Below are positions 1-10,484 of a DNA stretch of 64,000 bases, piece after piece; position 1 is the stretch's first letter; each line of letters starts with the position of its first letter. A program made the position numbers and the translations under genes. Under the pieces are notes generated by a model that was not told the DNA's origin, did not search any database, and saw only the letters and a program-made list of their open reading frames with translations. This stretch comes from Planctomycetota bacterium (GTDB taxonomy: Bacteria; Planctomycetota; GCA-002687715; CAIWVZ01), in the NCBI GenBank assembly GCA_044222185.1, contig JBGANV010000005.1, forward strand, positions 1 to 64,000, given 5' to 3'.

Positions 1-248
1 CTGCGGCCACGTGAACTTGCACCCGCCGCCGACGCCGACCCGCGGCGGGTCCGCCTGATCGCCGATAGCCCTCCGGCCACCGCTCGCACCCCCCGCGCCG
101 CTCCTTCGGGCCGCGGGGATGGGACTACCGGGTACTTACGCACGAGCAGCTGCGGATCGATGGTCCCATTTCGGTGGCAACGACGGAGAACGCCTGCGGA
201 GCGCGAGTACCCTGCCGGGAAGCACTCCGCACCCCGCAGGCCGTGGAG

Positions 249-3200
249 TCACCACTCGAGCGGCCGCATGTAGGAGCGCCGGAGGTGCCATTCGACGGTT
301 CCGGAATGGTTCACTCCGGCCTCGACCGTGACCCCGTGAGACCAAGTGAGTCGCAGGGAATCCCGATCCGAGTCGGTCAGGCGAGTCTCGACGTTCGGCG
401 CCGTCAGCGCGTACCAAGCGTCGAGGTAGCGGACGTCCCAGTAGCGCGCTGGGTCTTGCGCCATCGCGAAATCGACTTCGGCGGCGTAACGCGTGGCGTT
501 CGACAGAGAGTCTCCCGTGAACGTCGCGGACAACGGGTCGGAGATCGCCAGACGGTCAGACTTGGGATGTCCGCCCACGGGGTCCCGAACGAAGCCTGAA
601 TCAATGAAGTTCGCGGTGGTCCCGTACCGGGTGAAGACGTGAGCGTCCTGTGGGAACGGCCACCCGACGACCGTTCGCTGATGTGACGACACCGGTAGCC
701 CCGAACCGGATGCAGTACTGATGTAGGCCACGACGTCGCTCATCGGCACGAAGCCAACGAGCAGTCGGTAGCTGTCGTCACCATTGCTGCTCGGAGCGGC
801 CGTGTAGCCAACGGCCTCATCGGGCATGATCAGAACCTGCGCGAGATCCGGCGCATCGTCGACCACGGCGTAGACGCCGTTCGTGGCAGTCGTCGCCGTT
901 TCGAACCAATGCAGCGCCATGTTCGTCGCCGTGGTCCCGAACTTGTACCGCGCTCGCGTTCCCACGCTGTTGAGGCCGGGAGCATAAAGCCACACCGCGT
1001 CTCCGCTCTTTGGGTAGAAGCCGGCAACTCCGAGGTTCGCCGGATCCGCGCCCGGGCCCAGAACATCCTTGAGTGAGTTCAGCGCCCGGATCGCGACGAT
1101 CGAACCGACGGGGACGCTCGGGAAGTCGATTGCAGACGCGAGTCCAACGCGCGGCGTCAGCACGACGGAGTCGGCGGTATTCGAGCTGATCATCCACCAT
1201 CTCCCCTCGGCGCCACGATTCTCTGGATTCATTGCGGGCGCGGCGGACGCAATCAACCCATCTTCGATGACGATCGCGATCGCATGATTCGCGGCGAGCG
1301 TCACGCCCGCCAGGGGTGATGCGACACCGCTCTGGGTCTGAAGCTGCCACGCTCCGGCGCCATGACCGGTCAATCTCGCCTGAACGATGTCCGGACGACA
1401 GACAGGTGCCGAAAGGTAGTTCACGAGAGCTGCGCCACCGGACGGTGGTCGGGCGATGATGCCGTGCAGTACGGCCACAGGTGCCGTCGCAACCACCCCA
1501 CCCGGTGCGCACGGGTCAAGGCGCACGCGGTAGAAACGGCGCGTTTGTGCCGAGGGTGCGCCGCCATTCGCGGGCGATGGGATCAAGTTGCCGATCGAGA
1601 TCGGGCTCGTCGTCGTGGTGCCCGTGGTCGCGACAGTCAGTGTCGTCAGATCCGTCCACACAGGCACCAACTCACCAGCATCCGGGTCCCCCAAATTGGG
1701 CGCGGTCTGGACGCGATAGGCCCCGACCCGAGGAGCGAAGAAAGTGATCTGGATCGTGCTCGACGCGAGCTGCGCCGTGACGTCGGTGATCCTGAATACC
1801 GCACTGGGATCGATGGGCGAAGTCGACGCGGTCACCTCGGCGCTGTCGCTCTGGCCGTCTCCGTCCGTATCGCGCAGATGATCGTCCGGATCACCGTTGA
1901 CCGGCAGACCGTCGCGGTCGTTGTCCACGATGACCGTCGTCGCGAGGTAATGGTCTACGAATCGCAGCCCTGCAGACATGTGCTCGCCATCGAGGCTTCG
2001 CCACGCATGCCCTTCGCCGGAATAACCGAAGAGCTCGAGAGGAATCGGTGCGCCCGGATGGGCAGCGTTGAATTGGCCGACGACGTCGCTGAAGCGCTTG
2101 GCCTGTTGAAACACGACGATCTGGTCGTCTTCCCCATTGACCCAGAAGATGGGCCCATAGTTCGCCGTCGGATTCTGTAGGCTCTGCTGGATCGCGTTGT
2201 AGCTGCTGAACCGCTGGATGTACGCCAGGAACTCGGGCCGAAAGTACGGCTCTGCCGTCGTGCCGTACTGATACGCGGGCAGATACCACGCAGGATCGAG
2301 TGAGTTGGTCGTCGTATTGAAGCTATTCTCTGGAAATATCGCGTAACGGGCGGCGCCGTGGTTATTGGTATAGAAGCTGAAAGCGTTCTGGTAGTCGTAC
2401 GCATCGAGACACTTGCCTGCAGGATCGATCGCCGACAGGGCCTTCGGCAGAGACGGAACGGGATAATTGACCTGGGTCGGCGCGACGAGAGAGAGAATGT
2501 GATCGACATCTCCGGAGAAGTCGGGATGAAGCCAGAAGTGAGGCTTTCGCCACGGATAGGAGTTGTCGATCGGATCTCCGGGCAGTCCCGTGCCCCGCCA
2601 GTTGGCCGCATCACAGCCAGTCGACGCGACGACCGCAACGTCGATCCGGCTCGGCTGGCAATCGATCGCCGGATCGTAGTAGGGCTGGGTCGGATCCGCG
2701 GGGTAGTTCTCGAGCCAGAGGCTCTGTGCACAGCCACCACCGGACGAGCCGCCGCTCACGGCCAGTCGATTGGGTTGGATTTGAAAATACTGCGCATAAG
2801 CCCGAATGACGCGCACCTCGCGGTGGAGCTGCTCGAACATCTCCGGCAGAACCCATCCAGGTGTCGTCGAGGCAATCGACCCATGGGTGAGTGTGAACAC
2901 GGTGTAACCACGCCGGATGTAAGGGCGCGCGGCTGAGAGAAAGGCAGGAGACGCGGCTACGGATGCCGGATTAGCGAAGTTCCGCAGATAGAGCGACCCC
3001 AAGGCATTCGAATGAACCGACGGGACGAAGTCGCCGGAGACGAATTCATGGCTCAGAACCCCTACGAGCCCGGCTCCGTTCGCCGGAATGCACTTCGGTC
3101 GATAGACGAAGAACAGCATGTGAACACCGAGGTCCACGTTGTTGTACGCCGGATACTGCTTGTAGTAGTAGTTCTGGAACTCGCCGGCGTCCCAGACCTC

Positions 3201-3353
3201 GAGACTGATCTCCGGATCCGAGAACCCGAGGATCGCATCATCCTCGAATTGCACCCCCAGACTCGGCGACCCGAGTGGCGGGCATTGCGCACTGGAGGTG
3301 GCGGCGATGAGGAGGAATAAGGCGACCGCGGGCGAGCTGATGCGATGTCTCAT
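249..3353 (-). CDS. Secreted multidomain protein: alpha/beta-hydrolase, acidic DxDxDG linker and large C-terminal domain
   Basis: Signal peptide (MRHRISSPAVALFLLIAATSSAQ); nucleophile elbow SGGSSGGG; NGEDDQIV and EGHAW candidate Asp/His; DNDRDG/DTDGDGQSD..E Ca-binding-like motifs. Confidence 0.7.
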   Translation of the reverse strand: MRHRISSPAVALFLLIAATSSAQCPPLGSPSLGVQFEDDAILGFSDPEISLEVWDAGEFQNYYYKQYPAYNNVDLGVHMLFFVYRPKCIPANGAGLVGVLSHEFVSGDFVPSVHSNALGSLYLRNFANPASVAASPAFLSAARPYIRRGYTVFTLTHGSIASTTPGWVLPEMFEQLHREVRVIRAYAQYFQIQPNRLAVSGGSSGGGCAQSLWLENYPADPTQPYYDPAIDCQPSRIDVAVVASTGCDAANWRGTGLPGDPIDNSYPWRKPHFWLHPDFSGDVDHILSLVAPTQVNYPVPSLPKALSAIDPAGKCLDAYDYQNAFSFYTNNHGAARYAIFPENSFNTTTNSLDPAWYLPAYQYGTTAEPYFRPEFLAYIQRFSSYNAIQQSLQNPTANYGPIFWVNGEDDQIVVFQQAKRFSDVVGQFNAAHPGAPIPLELFGYSGEGHAWRSLDGEHMSAGLRFVDHYLATTVIVDNDRDGLPVNGDPDDHLRDTDGDGQSDSAEVTASTSPIDPSAVFRITDVTAQLASSTIQITFFAPRVGAYRVQTAPNLGDPDAGELVPVWTDLTTLTVATTGTTTTSPISIGNLIPSPANGGAPSAQTRRFYRVRLDPCAPGGVVATAPVAVLHGIIARPPSGGAALVNYLSAPVCRPDIVQARLTGHGAGAWQLQTQSGVASPLAGVTLAANHAIAIVIEDGLIASAAPAMNPENRGAEGRWWMISSNTADSVVLTPRVGLASAIDFPSVPVGSIVAIRALNSLKDVLGPGADPANLGVAGFYPKSGDAVWLYAPGLNSVGTRARYKFGTTATNMALHWFETATTATNGVYAVVDDAPDLAQVLIMPDEAVGYTAAPSSNGDDSYRLLVGFVPMSDVVAYISTASGSGLPVSSHQRTVVGWPFPQDAHVFTRYGTTANFIDSGFVRDPVGGHPKSDRLAISDPLSATFTGDSLSNATRYAAEVDFAMAQDPARYWDVRYLDAWYALTAPNVETRLTDSDRDSLRLTWSHGVTVEAGVNHSGTVEWHLRRSYMRPLEW

Positions 3354-3657
3354 ACGAGCTTATTGGGCTCGTTGAATCGCTCTGGACATTCCCGCCAGAA
3401 TTTCCGACCCCGAGGCCCCGGTCGTCCGTGGCTCGCGTCGGGAGATCCGGCGCCGCGGCGGTGACCGACGGCAGCTGACGGGCGTCAGGTGCCGTGGCGA
3501 AGGGAGTTCGTGCGATGACCGGATCTCGCCGGGCGACCGCGTACGCGAGCACTGGCGGCGAGCGTCGGCCGTCGCGACCGGGGGCGTCCCGGCCGCGAGA
3601 TCGGTCACCACCCTCGACGCAACGTCGATGGCTCGGCTTCGGGCAGGCGCTCCGGAA

Positions 3658-6600
3658 TCAGACGTGCGCCAGTCCCGACTTCACCGTCAGGATCTTGATG
3701 GTCGCGGCGGCGAGCTTCTCGAGCAGCGTGTTCTGCTTGAGCCGTGCGTTCAGGTGATTGAAGTCGACGTGGTCGAGCTCTTGATCCTGATTGAAGCACG
3801 AGAAGATGAACGACTCCTTGCCCGTCGCCGGATCCACGTGACGCTGGAGGCACTGGGCGCAGACCTCCTTCATCATGCACTGCATCGGAGAGTTGATGCT
3901 CCCGATGGCCACGTGCTTGGGCTTCAGCAGCGGTCCCAGCGTGTTCGGGTCGTGACGCGCCGCCTTCACGGCCGCCATCATGCGGTCGGAGCCGATGGCG
4001 ATGATCCGGTCGATGTTCGCCATGGGGACGAGCGGCGTCCCGAACTGTCCCTTCGCGTACGCCACCATCGTCTGAACGATGTTGCCCCGGAAGTGATGAT
4101 CCTGCGCGCGGCGCGGCTTGATCTCCGAACCCATGTCCGTGGAGTAGATCACCTGGTCGGTCGCGGCCTCGATCTCGTCCTGCTTGAAGAGATCGCGACC
4201 GTCCTTGTACCCGGCGAAGTAGAGGACGCGGTTGCCAGCGTCGCGCATGGCCTTCGCGATGGAGAACAACACGGCGTTGCCGAGGCCACCACCTGCGAGG
4301 AGCACGTTCTCTCCGTGGGGGATCTCCGTGGGCGCCCCCGTCGGTCCCATGCAGACGACCTCTTCCCCGGGTCGCAGCAACGCACAGAGGTTCGACGATC
4401 CGCCCATCTCGAGGATGATCAGCGACAAGAGCCCCTTGTCGCGATCGACCCAGGCCCCGGTGAGCGCCAGCCCTTCCATCGCCAGGCGGATCCCATCGAT
4501 CATGGGCGCCTCGCACTCGAAGTTCTGGAGCCGATAGAACTGCCCGGGTTTGAACTTCCGCGCCTGATACGGCGCGTGCAGCACGACCTCGGTGATGGTC
4601 GACGTGAGCCGCTGGACCGTGACGACCTTGGCTCGGATCTCGTGGTCGAGCCGGGCGCAGAGCTCGCGATAGTTGCGATCGCGGAGCGACTGAGCGGACG
4701 GATCGAGGTTGTGGATCCGCGACGAGAACAGCTCCACGACCTTCTTGTACCCGTTGCGCGCCGACGCCATCGCCTTGACGACGTTGCCGGCGAACGCCGG
4801 GTGGTTGTCGCCGTAGTACGACACGGTCAGGCCGTTCTTGACGAACGACGTGAAGAACGCGTCCGCCGGCGGGCTCTCCTTCAGCGCGACCTGCCCGTTC
4901 TCGAACACCGCCTGGTGTGCCTGGAAGAAGCCGCCCTTGGGCTGCATCTTGAACGTGCCGGGCCGCTCCTTCTCATAGATCGTGTTGGGGCTCGTACCCG
5001 CAGCGATCATCACGCTCCGGGCGGGAATCTCGAGGATCTCGCCGCTCGGCACCCACTTGCCGTCCTTCAGCACCGACCGCTCGAACTTCATGGCCTTCAC
5101 GCGGCCGGATTCGTCGGCGACGGCTTCGGTCGGCGAGAGGTTCTCGGCGAAGTTGATCCCTTCCTCGAGGGCCTTGATGATCTCCTCGTGATTGAGGCGA
5201 TACGCCGGCGAGTCGAGCATCGTCTTGCGGTAGCAGATCGTGACGTTGCCGAACTTGCGGACGAGGGGCACGAAGTTCGGCGTCTCACCTGCGGTATGCG
5301 CCCGCTTGACCTCCGCGCGGAACTCGTTCGCGTGCGCGAGGTAGACCGCGAGAACTTCCTTGTCCTCGGGCGACAAACGCGCCTCGAACTCGGCGTAGCC
5401 ACCATTCGCCTTCAGATAGTCGATGCGATCGGCGACGCGCTGCACCATCACGGGGTAGTAGTTGAACAGCTCGGTCGCCGTGTCGATGGCTGTCAGTCCG
5501 CCGCCGATCACGACGGCGGGGAGCATCACCTGGAGGTTCGCGAGCGACGAATCGCGCACGGCCCCGGTCAACTGCAGCGCCATGAGGAAGTCGCTGGCCT
5601 TGCGGATGCCGCGGATCAGGTTGTTCTTCAGGTCGACGACCGTCGGCTTGCCCGCGCCCGTGGCGATCGCCACGTGATCGAAGCCCAACTCGGCCGCGTC
5701 CTCGAGCGTGACCGTCCCGCCGAAGCGAACGCCGCCGTAGATGCGGATCCCCTGCTTGCGCGCCAGCGTGAGGTAGAGGAGGAACAGGAAGTTCTTGTCC
5801 CACCGCACCGTGATGCCGTACTCGCTCACTCCGCCGAATCCGCGTCCGATGCGCTCGGAGAGATCCTCGACGTGGTCGCTCCAATCACGGATCGGACCGA
5901 AGCCCTTGCCCGCGAACGGCGCCGGAAGCGGCTCGATCTTCAGCCCGTCGATGGCGACGACGCCGAAGCCTTCGCCCGACAGGTAGTGGGCGAGCGTGTA
6001 GCCCGCGGGTCCGAGCCCGACGACCAGCACCTTCTTGCCGTTCAGCGGCAGCTGATACGGGCGGTGGATGTTCAGCGGGTTCCAGCGCGTGAGCAGGCCG
6101 TAGATCTCCACGCCGAACGGAGCGTGGAGCACGTCCGTGAGGATGCTCGTCTCGATCTGCGGAATGTTGACCGGCTCCTGCTTCTGATAGATGCAGGCCT
6201 TCATGCAGTCGTTGCAGATCCGGTGTCCCGTGCCCGGGAGCATCGGGTTGTTGATCATGATCGTCGCGAGGGCCGCGATGGCGTCGCCGCGGTTGCGCAG
6301 GAGGTGCGCCTCGCTGATGTGCTCGTCGAGCGGGCAGCCCTCGAGCGAGATGCCGAGGGGGTTCTTCTTCCACGAGCCATCGGCGTTCTTCAGACCTTTC
6401 GCGCACGAGTCCTTGTCGCGCTCGTGACAGAAGACGCAGGTCTCGATCTCGCCGACGATCTCGCGCGGCTCCATGCGCCGATCGGTGAGGTCGAATCCGA
6501 CGCGCCGGCGCAGCGATTCATCGAGACCGATCATCAGCTCGTTCAGGTCCTGGCGCGGCCGGACCGTGGGAACGAGCTTGTCGAAGACCATCGGCTCTTG

Positions 6601-7359
6601 CGTGCGAAAGATCACCCACCCGCGGGAGATCCCACCGTGCGGGTGCTTGCGACGGTGCCACGCGCCGAACCGCGCGAGCCGGTCGAGGGCCGCGGTGACG
6701 GCCGCGAGCCGGTCGGCGGGAGAGCGGGCGGCGCGGAACGTCGCGTCGACCTCCGCGAGCTTCCGCGCGCTCTGTTCGTCGACGGCGGGACCTGCCACGG
6801 CGGGCTGACTATCCCGCTGGGCCATGAGCGACGTCTCCAGATCCAGGAGCGTCGCGACGGTGCGCGCGAACGCCAACTCGGCGTGCTCGCCGGACGCAGC
6901 GTGACCCAAGGCATCGACGAGTTCCTTGGCCGCGGCGCCGACGACGGTTTCCGTGAACTGGTCGAGCTCGGGGCTCGCCGCCCGCTTCAGCACGCGCCTC
7001 TTGGTGAAGTCCTTGCGGACGCGCATGAGCACGTCCATCTGGCGCGTGCGCTCGACGAGGATCTTCCGCGAGCCTTCGACTCCGAAGAGTGCCGCGAGAA
7101 ACGCCGACAGGTGCGGTCCGACTTCGACCGTCACCCACGACTCCTCCTCGCGCGTCGGGTTCCCACGCTCGAGGATCTCGCGATAACGGAGCCCGACCGA
7201 AGGATCGCGACGGTCGAGGTCGTTCATGAACACGGCAAGCAGCTCGGCCAGCCGCAATGGCTTGAACAGGTCCGCGTACGTGAAACCCGGAACGCCCAGG
7301 GTGAGGATCTCGGCGTTCAGGGACGGCTCGGGTGCGTGGTCGGTCTGAGTGGGAGTCAT
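3658..7359 (-). CDS. Fused Fe-S flavoprotein oxidoreductase (GltD/NfnB-like core plus C-terminal PyrK/NfnA-like FAD-[2Fe-2S] module)
   Basis: CVFCH..C, GCPLDEHISE and RICNDCMKAC Cys motifs; GLGPAG and GGGLTAID dinucleotide motifs; KPGQFYRL, MGPTG, GGGLG and NSPMQCMMKEVCAQC. Confidence 0.85.
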   Translation of the reverse strand: MTPTQTDHAPEPSLNAEILTLGVPGFTYADLFKPLRLAELLAVFMNDLDRRDPSVGLRYREILERGNPTREEESWVTVEVGPHLSAFLAALFGVEGSRKILVERTRQMDVLMRVRKDFTKRRVLKRAASPELDQFTETVVGAAAKELVDALGHAASGEHAELAFARTVATLLDLETSLMAQRDSQPAVAGPAVDEQSARKLAEVDATFRAARSPADRLAAVTAALDRLARFGAWHRRKHPHGGISRGWVIFRTQEPMVFDKLVPTVRPRQDLNELMIGLDESLRRRVGFDLTDRRMEPREIVGEIETCVFCHERDKDSCAKGLKNADGSWKKNPLGISLEGCPLDEHISEAHLLRNRGDAIAALATIMINNPMLPGTGHRICNDCMKACIYQKQEPVNIPQIETSILTDVLHAPFGVEIYGLLTRWNPLNIHRPYQLPLNGKKVLVVGLGPAGYTLAHYLSGEGFGVVAIDGLKIEPLPAPFAGKGFGPIRDWSDHVEDLSERIGRGFGGVSEYGITVRWDKNFLFLLYLTLARKQGIRIYGGVRFGGTVTLEDAAELGFDHVAIATGAGKPTVVDLKNNLIRGIRKASDFLMALQLTGAVRDSSLANLQVMLPAVVIGGGLTAIDTATELFNYYPVMVQRVADRIDYLKANGGYAEFEARLSPEDKEVLAVYLAHANEFRAEVKRAHTAGETPNFVPLVRKFGNVTICYRKTMLDSPAYRLNHEEIIKALEEGINFAENLSPTEAVADESGRVKAMKFERSVLKDGKWVPSGEILEIPARSVMIAAGTSPNTIYEKERPGTFKMQPKGGFFQAHQAVFENGQVALKESPPADAFFTSFVKNGLTVSYYGDNHPAFAGNVVKAMASARNGYKKVVELFSSRIHNLDPSAQSLRDRNYRELCARLDHEIRAKVVTVQRLTSTITEVVLHAPYQARKFKPGQFYRLQNFECEAPMIDGIRLAMEGLALTGAWVDRDKGLLSLIILEMGGSSNLCALLRPGEEVVCMGPTGAPTEIPHGENVLLAGGGLGNAVLFSIAKAMRDAGNRVLYFAGYKDGRDLFKQDEIEAATDQVIYSTDMGSEIKPRRAQDHHFRGNIVQTMVAYAKGQFGTPLVPMANIDRIIAIGSDRMMAAVKAARHDPNTLGPLLKPKHVAIGSINSPMQCMMKEVCAQCLQRHVDPATGKESFIFSCFNQDQELDHVDFNHLNARLKQNTLLEKLAAATIKILTVKSGLAHV

Positions 7360-7449
7360 CGCGGGTGAATCTCGACTGGCGCGATCAATTCGGCGAGGAT
7401 CGCGCAGACAATACCAGCCGAGTGCGCGCCCCCAACGGTCCGCGGCGGC

Positions 7450-9264
7450 TCACTTCGCGCGACAGTTTCGAAGAGTCCGCGCGACCAACTCGATCGTCAG
7501 GATCCGTCCGACTTTTCGAACTTCCGCGAAGCCTTCGCGACGTGATCGGTTCAGGAATTCGCTCAGCACGGGCGCGCGGTAGAGCGACGCCGTCAGCATC
7601 GACGCGGGATCGAGCGACGCTTCGATCCGTGGGTCTCGCCACAGCTCGGCGGCGGCGCTCGGTCCGGGCCGTGACGACGGCGCCCCGATCAGCTTGCGAC
7701 GGATCCGGCGCAGCGCCTTCGTCGCAAACTCCGACGCCAGCGGGGCGAACTGCAACACGTTGCCCAAGCGGATCGGAGACGCCGGGTAGCCGCCCGCCAT
7801 GGGTAATGCTGCGAGCTTGGGGTCGAGCGCCTCGATGACGAGGCGGGTCATCCTGTTGCCTCGGCGCATGCCGATCGGCGACGCGATCGCCACGGTCATC
7901 GGCTCGCGGAACAGGAACGGCGTCGCGCAAGGCCAGATGCGATTCGTCGCACTCGCGAGCCGGCCGGCCCAGCGCTGCATACGCATGGTGAGGTAGAGGT
8001 GGTCGGCATGAGCCGTATTCGGCAGACCGCCGAGCGACGCTACTGCGCGCGTCGTGACCTCGCGGAACGAGTCGACGAGCCGGCCCTCGGGCCGGCGGTC
8101 GAGGAGCTCATCGGCCCAGTCATCCTGAGCGAAACGTCGCGCAGCGCGCAGCGGATCGAGCGGCGCCCGTTGCCCGACGTGAGGAAACGCCAGATCCCAC
8201 CAGTAGCCGCGACACAGCTCCCCGGCCGAGCCGTTCACGGTGACGCCGCCCCGCTGCGCGAGCGTTTCCTGGATCTCCATGACTCCGGCATATTCGACGG
8301 CGTCGAACTCGCCGTCGGTCAGCGCGAGCGCGGCACGGATCCGGTCGAACGAGATCCGCCCATAATCGGTGCCCGGCCGCTGCTGCCGATGGTCGAGACC
8401 GAACACCTTCGCGATGCGATTCGCGCTGACGACGTCCGGATCCGAATCCGACCCGTTCACGACCGTCGCGAACGACGCGCCCGAGCGCAGCGCCGCGCCG
8501 AGGATCGCGCGCGAGTCGAACCCGCCGGTGACGTCGATCACGGGTCGATCGTGCGCGCGCAACGTGGCGCCGACCGCCGCGACGAGTCGTTCGCACAACG
8601 CCCGCACGTCGCCCTCCGGCTTGCCGCGGTCATACAACCACTGCGCGGGATCGAACCACCGTGCGTGATGGACGAGACGCCCCGCTCGGAACGTGAACAC
8701 GGTGCCGCGGTCCAGCTTCTCCACGTCGGCGAACAACGAGCGCGTCTCGAACACGGAGCCCGTTCCGACGAATTCCCACAGCCCCTGCGGGTCGAATGCC
8801 GCCTGCCGGAGCGTCGCAAGCACGAGCGCCGACGTGCCGACGACGAGACACCCGTCGACCTCCGTCCGATACACGTGAAGGCGGCCGATGGCGTCGGTCG
8901 CCAGATCCAGGTCGTCGGTGCGCGCGTCGTATCGCACGAGGGCGAACAGGCCATCCATGTCGGCGAGCGCCGCGTCCATGCCGCCGCTTCCGAGGAGCCC
9001 CTGGGCCAGCGTCGTGATCGCGACCGCGGGTGCGGCGCTTCGGTGAACCCAGGTCCCGCTCACGAGCGCCCACCCCGCCGGGCCGCGCTGGAGGGGGGAC
9101 ACCGAGGCGGCGACGCGCGGGAACTGCGCGACGGAGCACCGATCCCGATGCTCCACCGCGATCGGTGCAAGCCCCGTGAGCTCGCGGGCCACGTCCGTTC
9201 CACGATCGAGAACGCGCCGCACGGCGTTCACGTCGGTCCCCTGCACGATGAAGAACTGGCCCAT
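7450..9264 (-). CDS. Asparagine synthase-like protein
   Basis: DGLFAL...ATDAIG Ntn-like N-domain; VTGGFDSR ATP-pyrophosphatase loop; GSAGE and TPFL motifs; start taken at ATG 9264 (MGQFFIV). Confidence 0.75.
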   Translation of the reverse strand: MGQFFIVQGTDVNAVRRVLDRGTDVARELTGLAPIAVEHRDRCSVAQFPRVAASVSPLQRGPAGWALVSGTWVHRSAAPAVAITTLAQGLLGSGGMDAALADMDGLFALVRYDARTDDLDLATDAIGRLHVYRTEVDGCLVVGTSALVLATLRQAAFDPQGLWEFVGTGSVFETRSLFADVEKLDRGTVFTFRAGRLVHHARWFDPAQWLYDRGKPEGDVRALCERLVAAVGATLRAHDRPVIDVTGGFDSRAILGAALRSGASFATVVNGSDSDPDVVSANRIAKVFGLDHRQQRPGTDYGRISFDRIRAALALTDGEFDAVEYAGVMEIQETLAQRGGVTVNGSAGELCRGYWWDLAFPHVGQRAPLDPLRAARRFAQDDWADELLDRRPEGRLVDSFREVTTRAVASLGGLPNTAHADHLYLTMRMQRWAGRLASATNRIWPCATPFLFREPMTVAIASPIGMRRGNRMTRLVIEALDPKLAALPMAGGYPASPIRLGNVLQFAPLASEFATKALRRIRRKLIGAPSSRPGPSAAAELWRDPRIEASLDPASMLTASLYRAPVLSEFLNRSRREGFAEVRKVGRILTIELVARTLRNCRAK

Positions 9265-9379
9265 GGGTGGTTGGCTGCGCCGTCGTTCGACCCGGCACGA
9301 AGCCCGGGATCGTAGGCCAGACTTCGAACGTTGCCAACGCGGCCCCCGCGGTCCGCGCTTCGGAGCTACACTGCGCGCC

Positions 9380-10480
9380 ATGGGCGACGGAACCGCTGCG
9401 CGATCGACGAGGTACGAGGGCCGGACCGGGAATCACCGCGGTGGCGCCCGCGGTCACCTGCGGAGAGTGGGCCCGCAGGTCACGAGCCTCCTGGGCGCGA
9501 TAGTCGTCGCCACGCTCGCACGAGGTCAGGCTCCCGCCGATAGCCGACCGTCCGCGACCCGCGCCGTGAGCGACGTGAGCGCCGCGCGACACTTCTACGA
9601 AGCGCTGGGATGCCAGGTGCGACGCGTTGGCGAGTCCACCATCGCGCGCGTCGGGCAGACCGACGTCACCCTGGCGGCGGGCAGGCCCCCAGAGTCGAAG
9701 GACGACGCCGTGGAGATCCTCGTCGCATCGACCGACGAGGCGCGGCGGCGCCTCGGGGCGAAGGCCTTGAGAGTCGAAGGCCTGGACCTCGAGCCGCCGA
9801 GCTGCTCGGCCCTGCTGGTGAAGGATCCGGACGGCTGGCCCGTCATCCTCCGCACGAAGGCCGACGCCGATCGCACCGTGATTCCGCGTTCGGGCCCGTT
9901 CGACGATCTCGTGATCGCCTGCGCGAACCGCTTCCCGACCGACGGCACACACGGCTATTTCTGGCCGAAGGGCGGTGCCTGGCGCGGGTGCACGAAGAAC
10001 CTGATCTATGCCGGCGCGACGGTCTGCGAGGGTGATCCGCAACGTCGCGCCTACTGCTGCGGACTCACGTTCGAGGTGTTTCTCGATGCGTGGCAGCTTT
10101 GGTGCCGGCGTGTGGCGCGCCCCTATCGCATCCGCGACTGGGACGTCTCCAAGGTGCGCCAGCTCCAATCGGATTGGTTCGGCTCGGCGGACGATCGCAC
10201 GTGCGTGCGGACGGCGATCGTCAAAAACGGCCTCGGAACCGAGATCAAGGATTGGAACGCGGCCCGGCCCGGGGACTTCATCCAGTTCTGGCGCAACGGC
10301 GGCTCGGGCCATTCGGTGATCTTCCGCGAGTGGAAGAAGGCCGGTGACCGCATCACGGGGCTCGTCTACTGGTCGACCCAGAAGTCGACCAAGGGCATCG
10401 GCACGAACACGGAGATGTTCGGAACCGGCAGCCACGACCTGAAGCGCGACGAGTTCTACTTGTGCCGCGTGGGAGAGTGA
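9380..10480 (+). CDS. Putative exported protein: VOC/glyoxalase-like domain fused to a Cys/His amidase-like domain
   Basis: [16 protein letters not shown] and VKDPDGWPV are VOC signatures; [17 protein letters not shown] and GHSVIF in the C-domain; start uncertain. Confidence 0.6.
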   Translation: MGDGTAARSTRYEGRTGNHRGGARGHLRRVGPQVTSLLGAIVVATLARGQAPADSRPSATRAVSDVSAARHFYEALGCQVRRVGESTIARVGQTDVTLAAGRPPESKDDAVEILVASTDEARRRLGAKALRVEGLDLEPPSCSALLVKDPDGWPVILRTKADADRTVIPRSGPFDDLVIACANRFPTDGTHGYFWPKGGAWRGCTKNLIYAGATVCEGDPQRRAYCCGLTFEVFLDAWQLWCRRVARPYRIRDWDVSKVRQLQSDWFGSADDRTCVRTAIVKNGLGTEIKDWNAARPGDFIQFWRNGGSGHSVIFREWKKAGDRITGLVYWSTQKSTKGIGTNTEMFGTGSHDLKRDEFYLCRVGE

Positions 10481-10484
10481 CGCG

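Noticed and set aside
3628-7368. 1246-aa plus-strand ORF and similar long antisense ORFs (10857-12656, 18358-21222, 38314-39945, 44762-46849)
   Set aside because: These are shadow ORFs opposite well-supported genes, Arg-rich and motif-less, as expected in high-GC DNA.
7450-9264. Lasso peptide cyclase
   Set aside because: No B1/B2 proteins or precursor peptide are adjacent.
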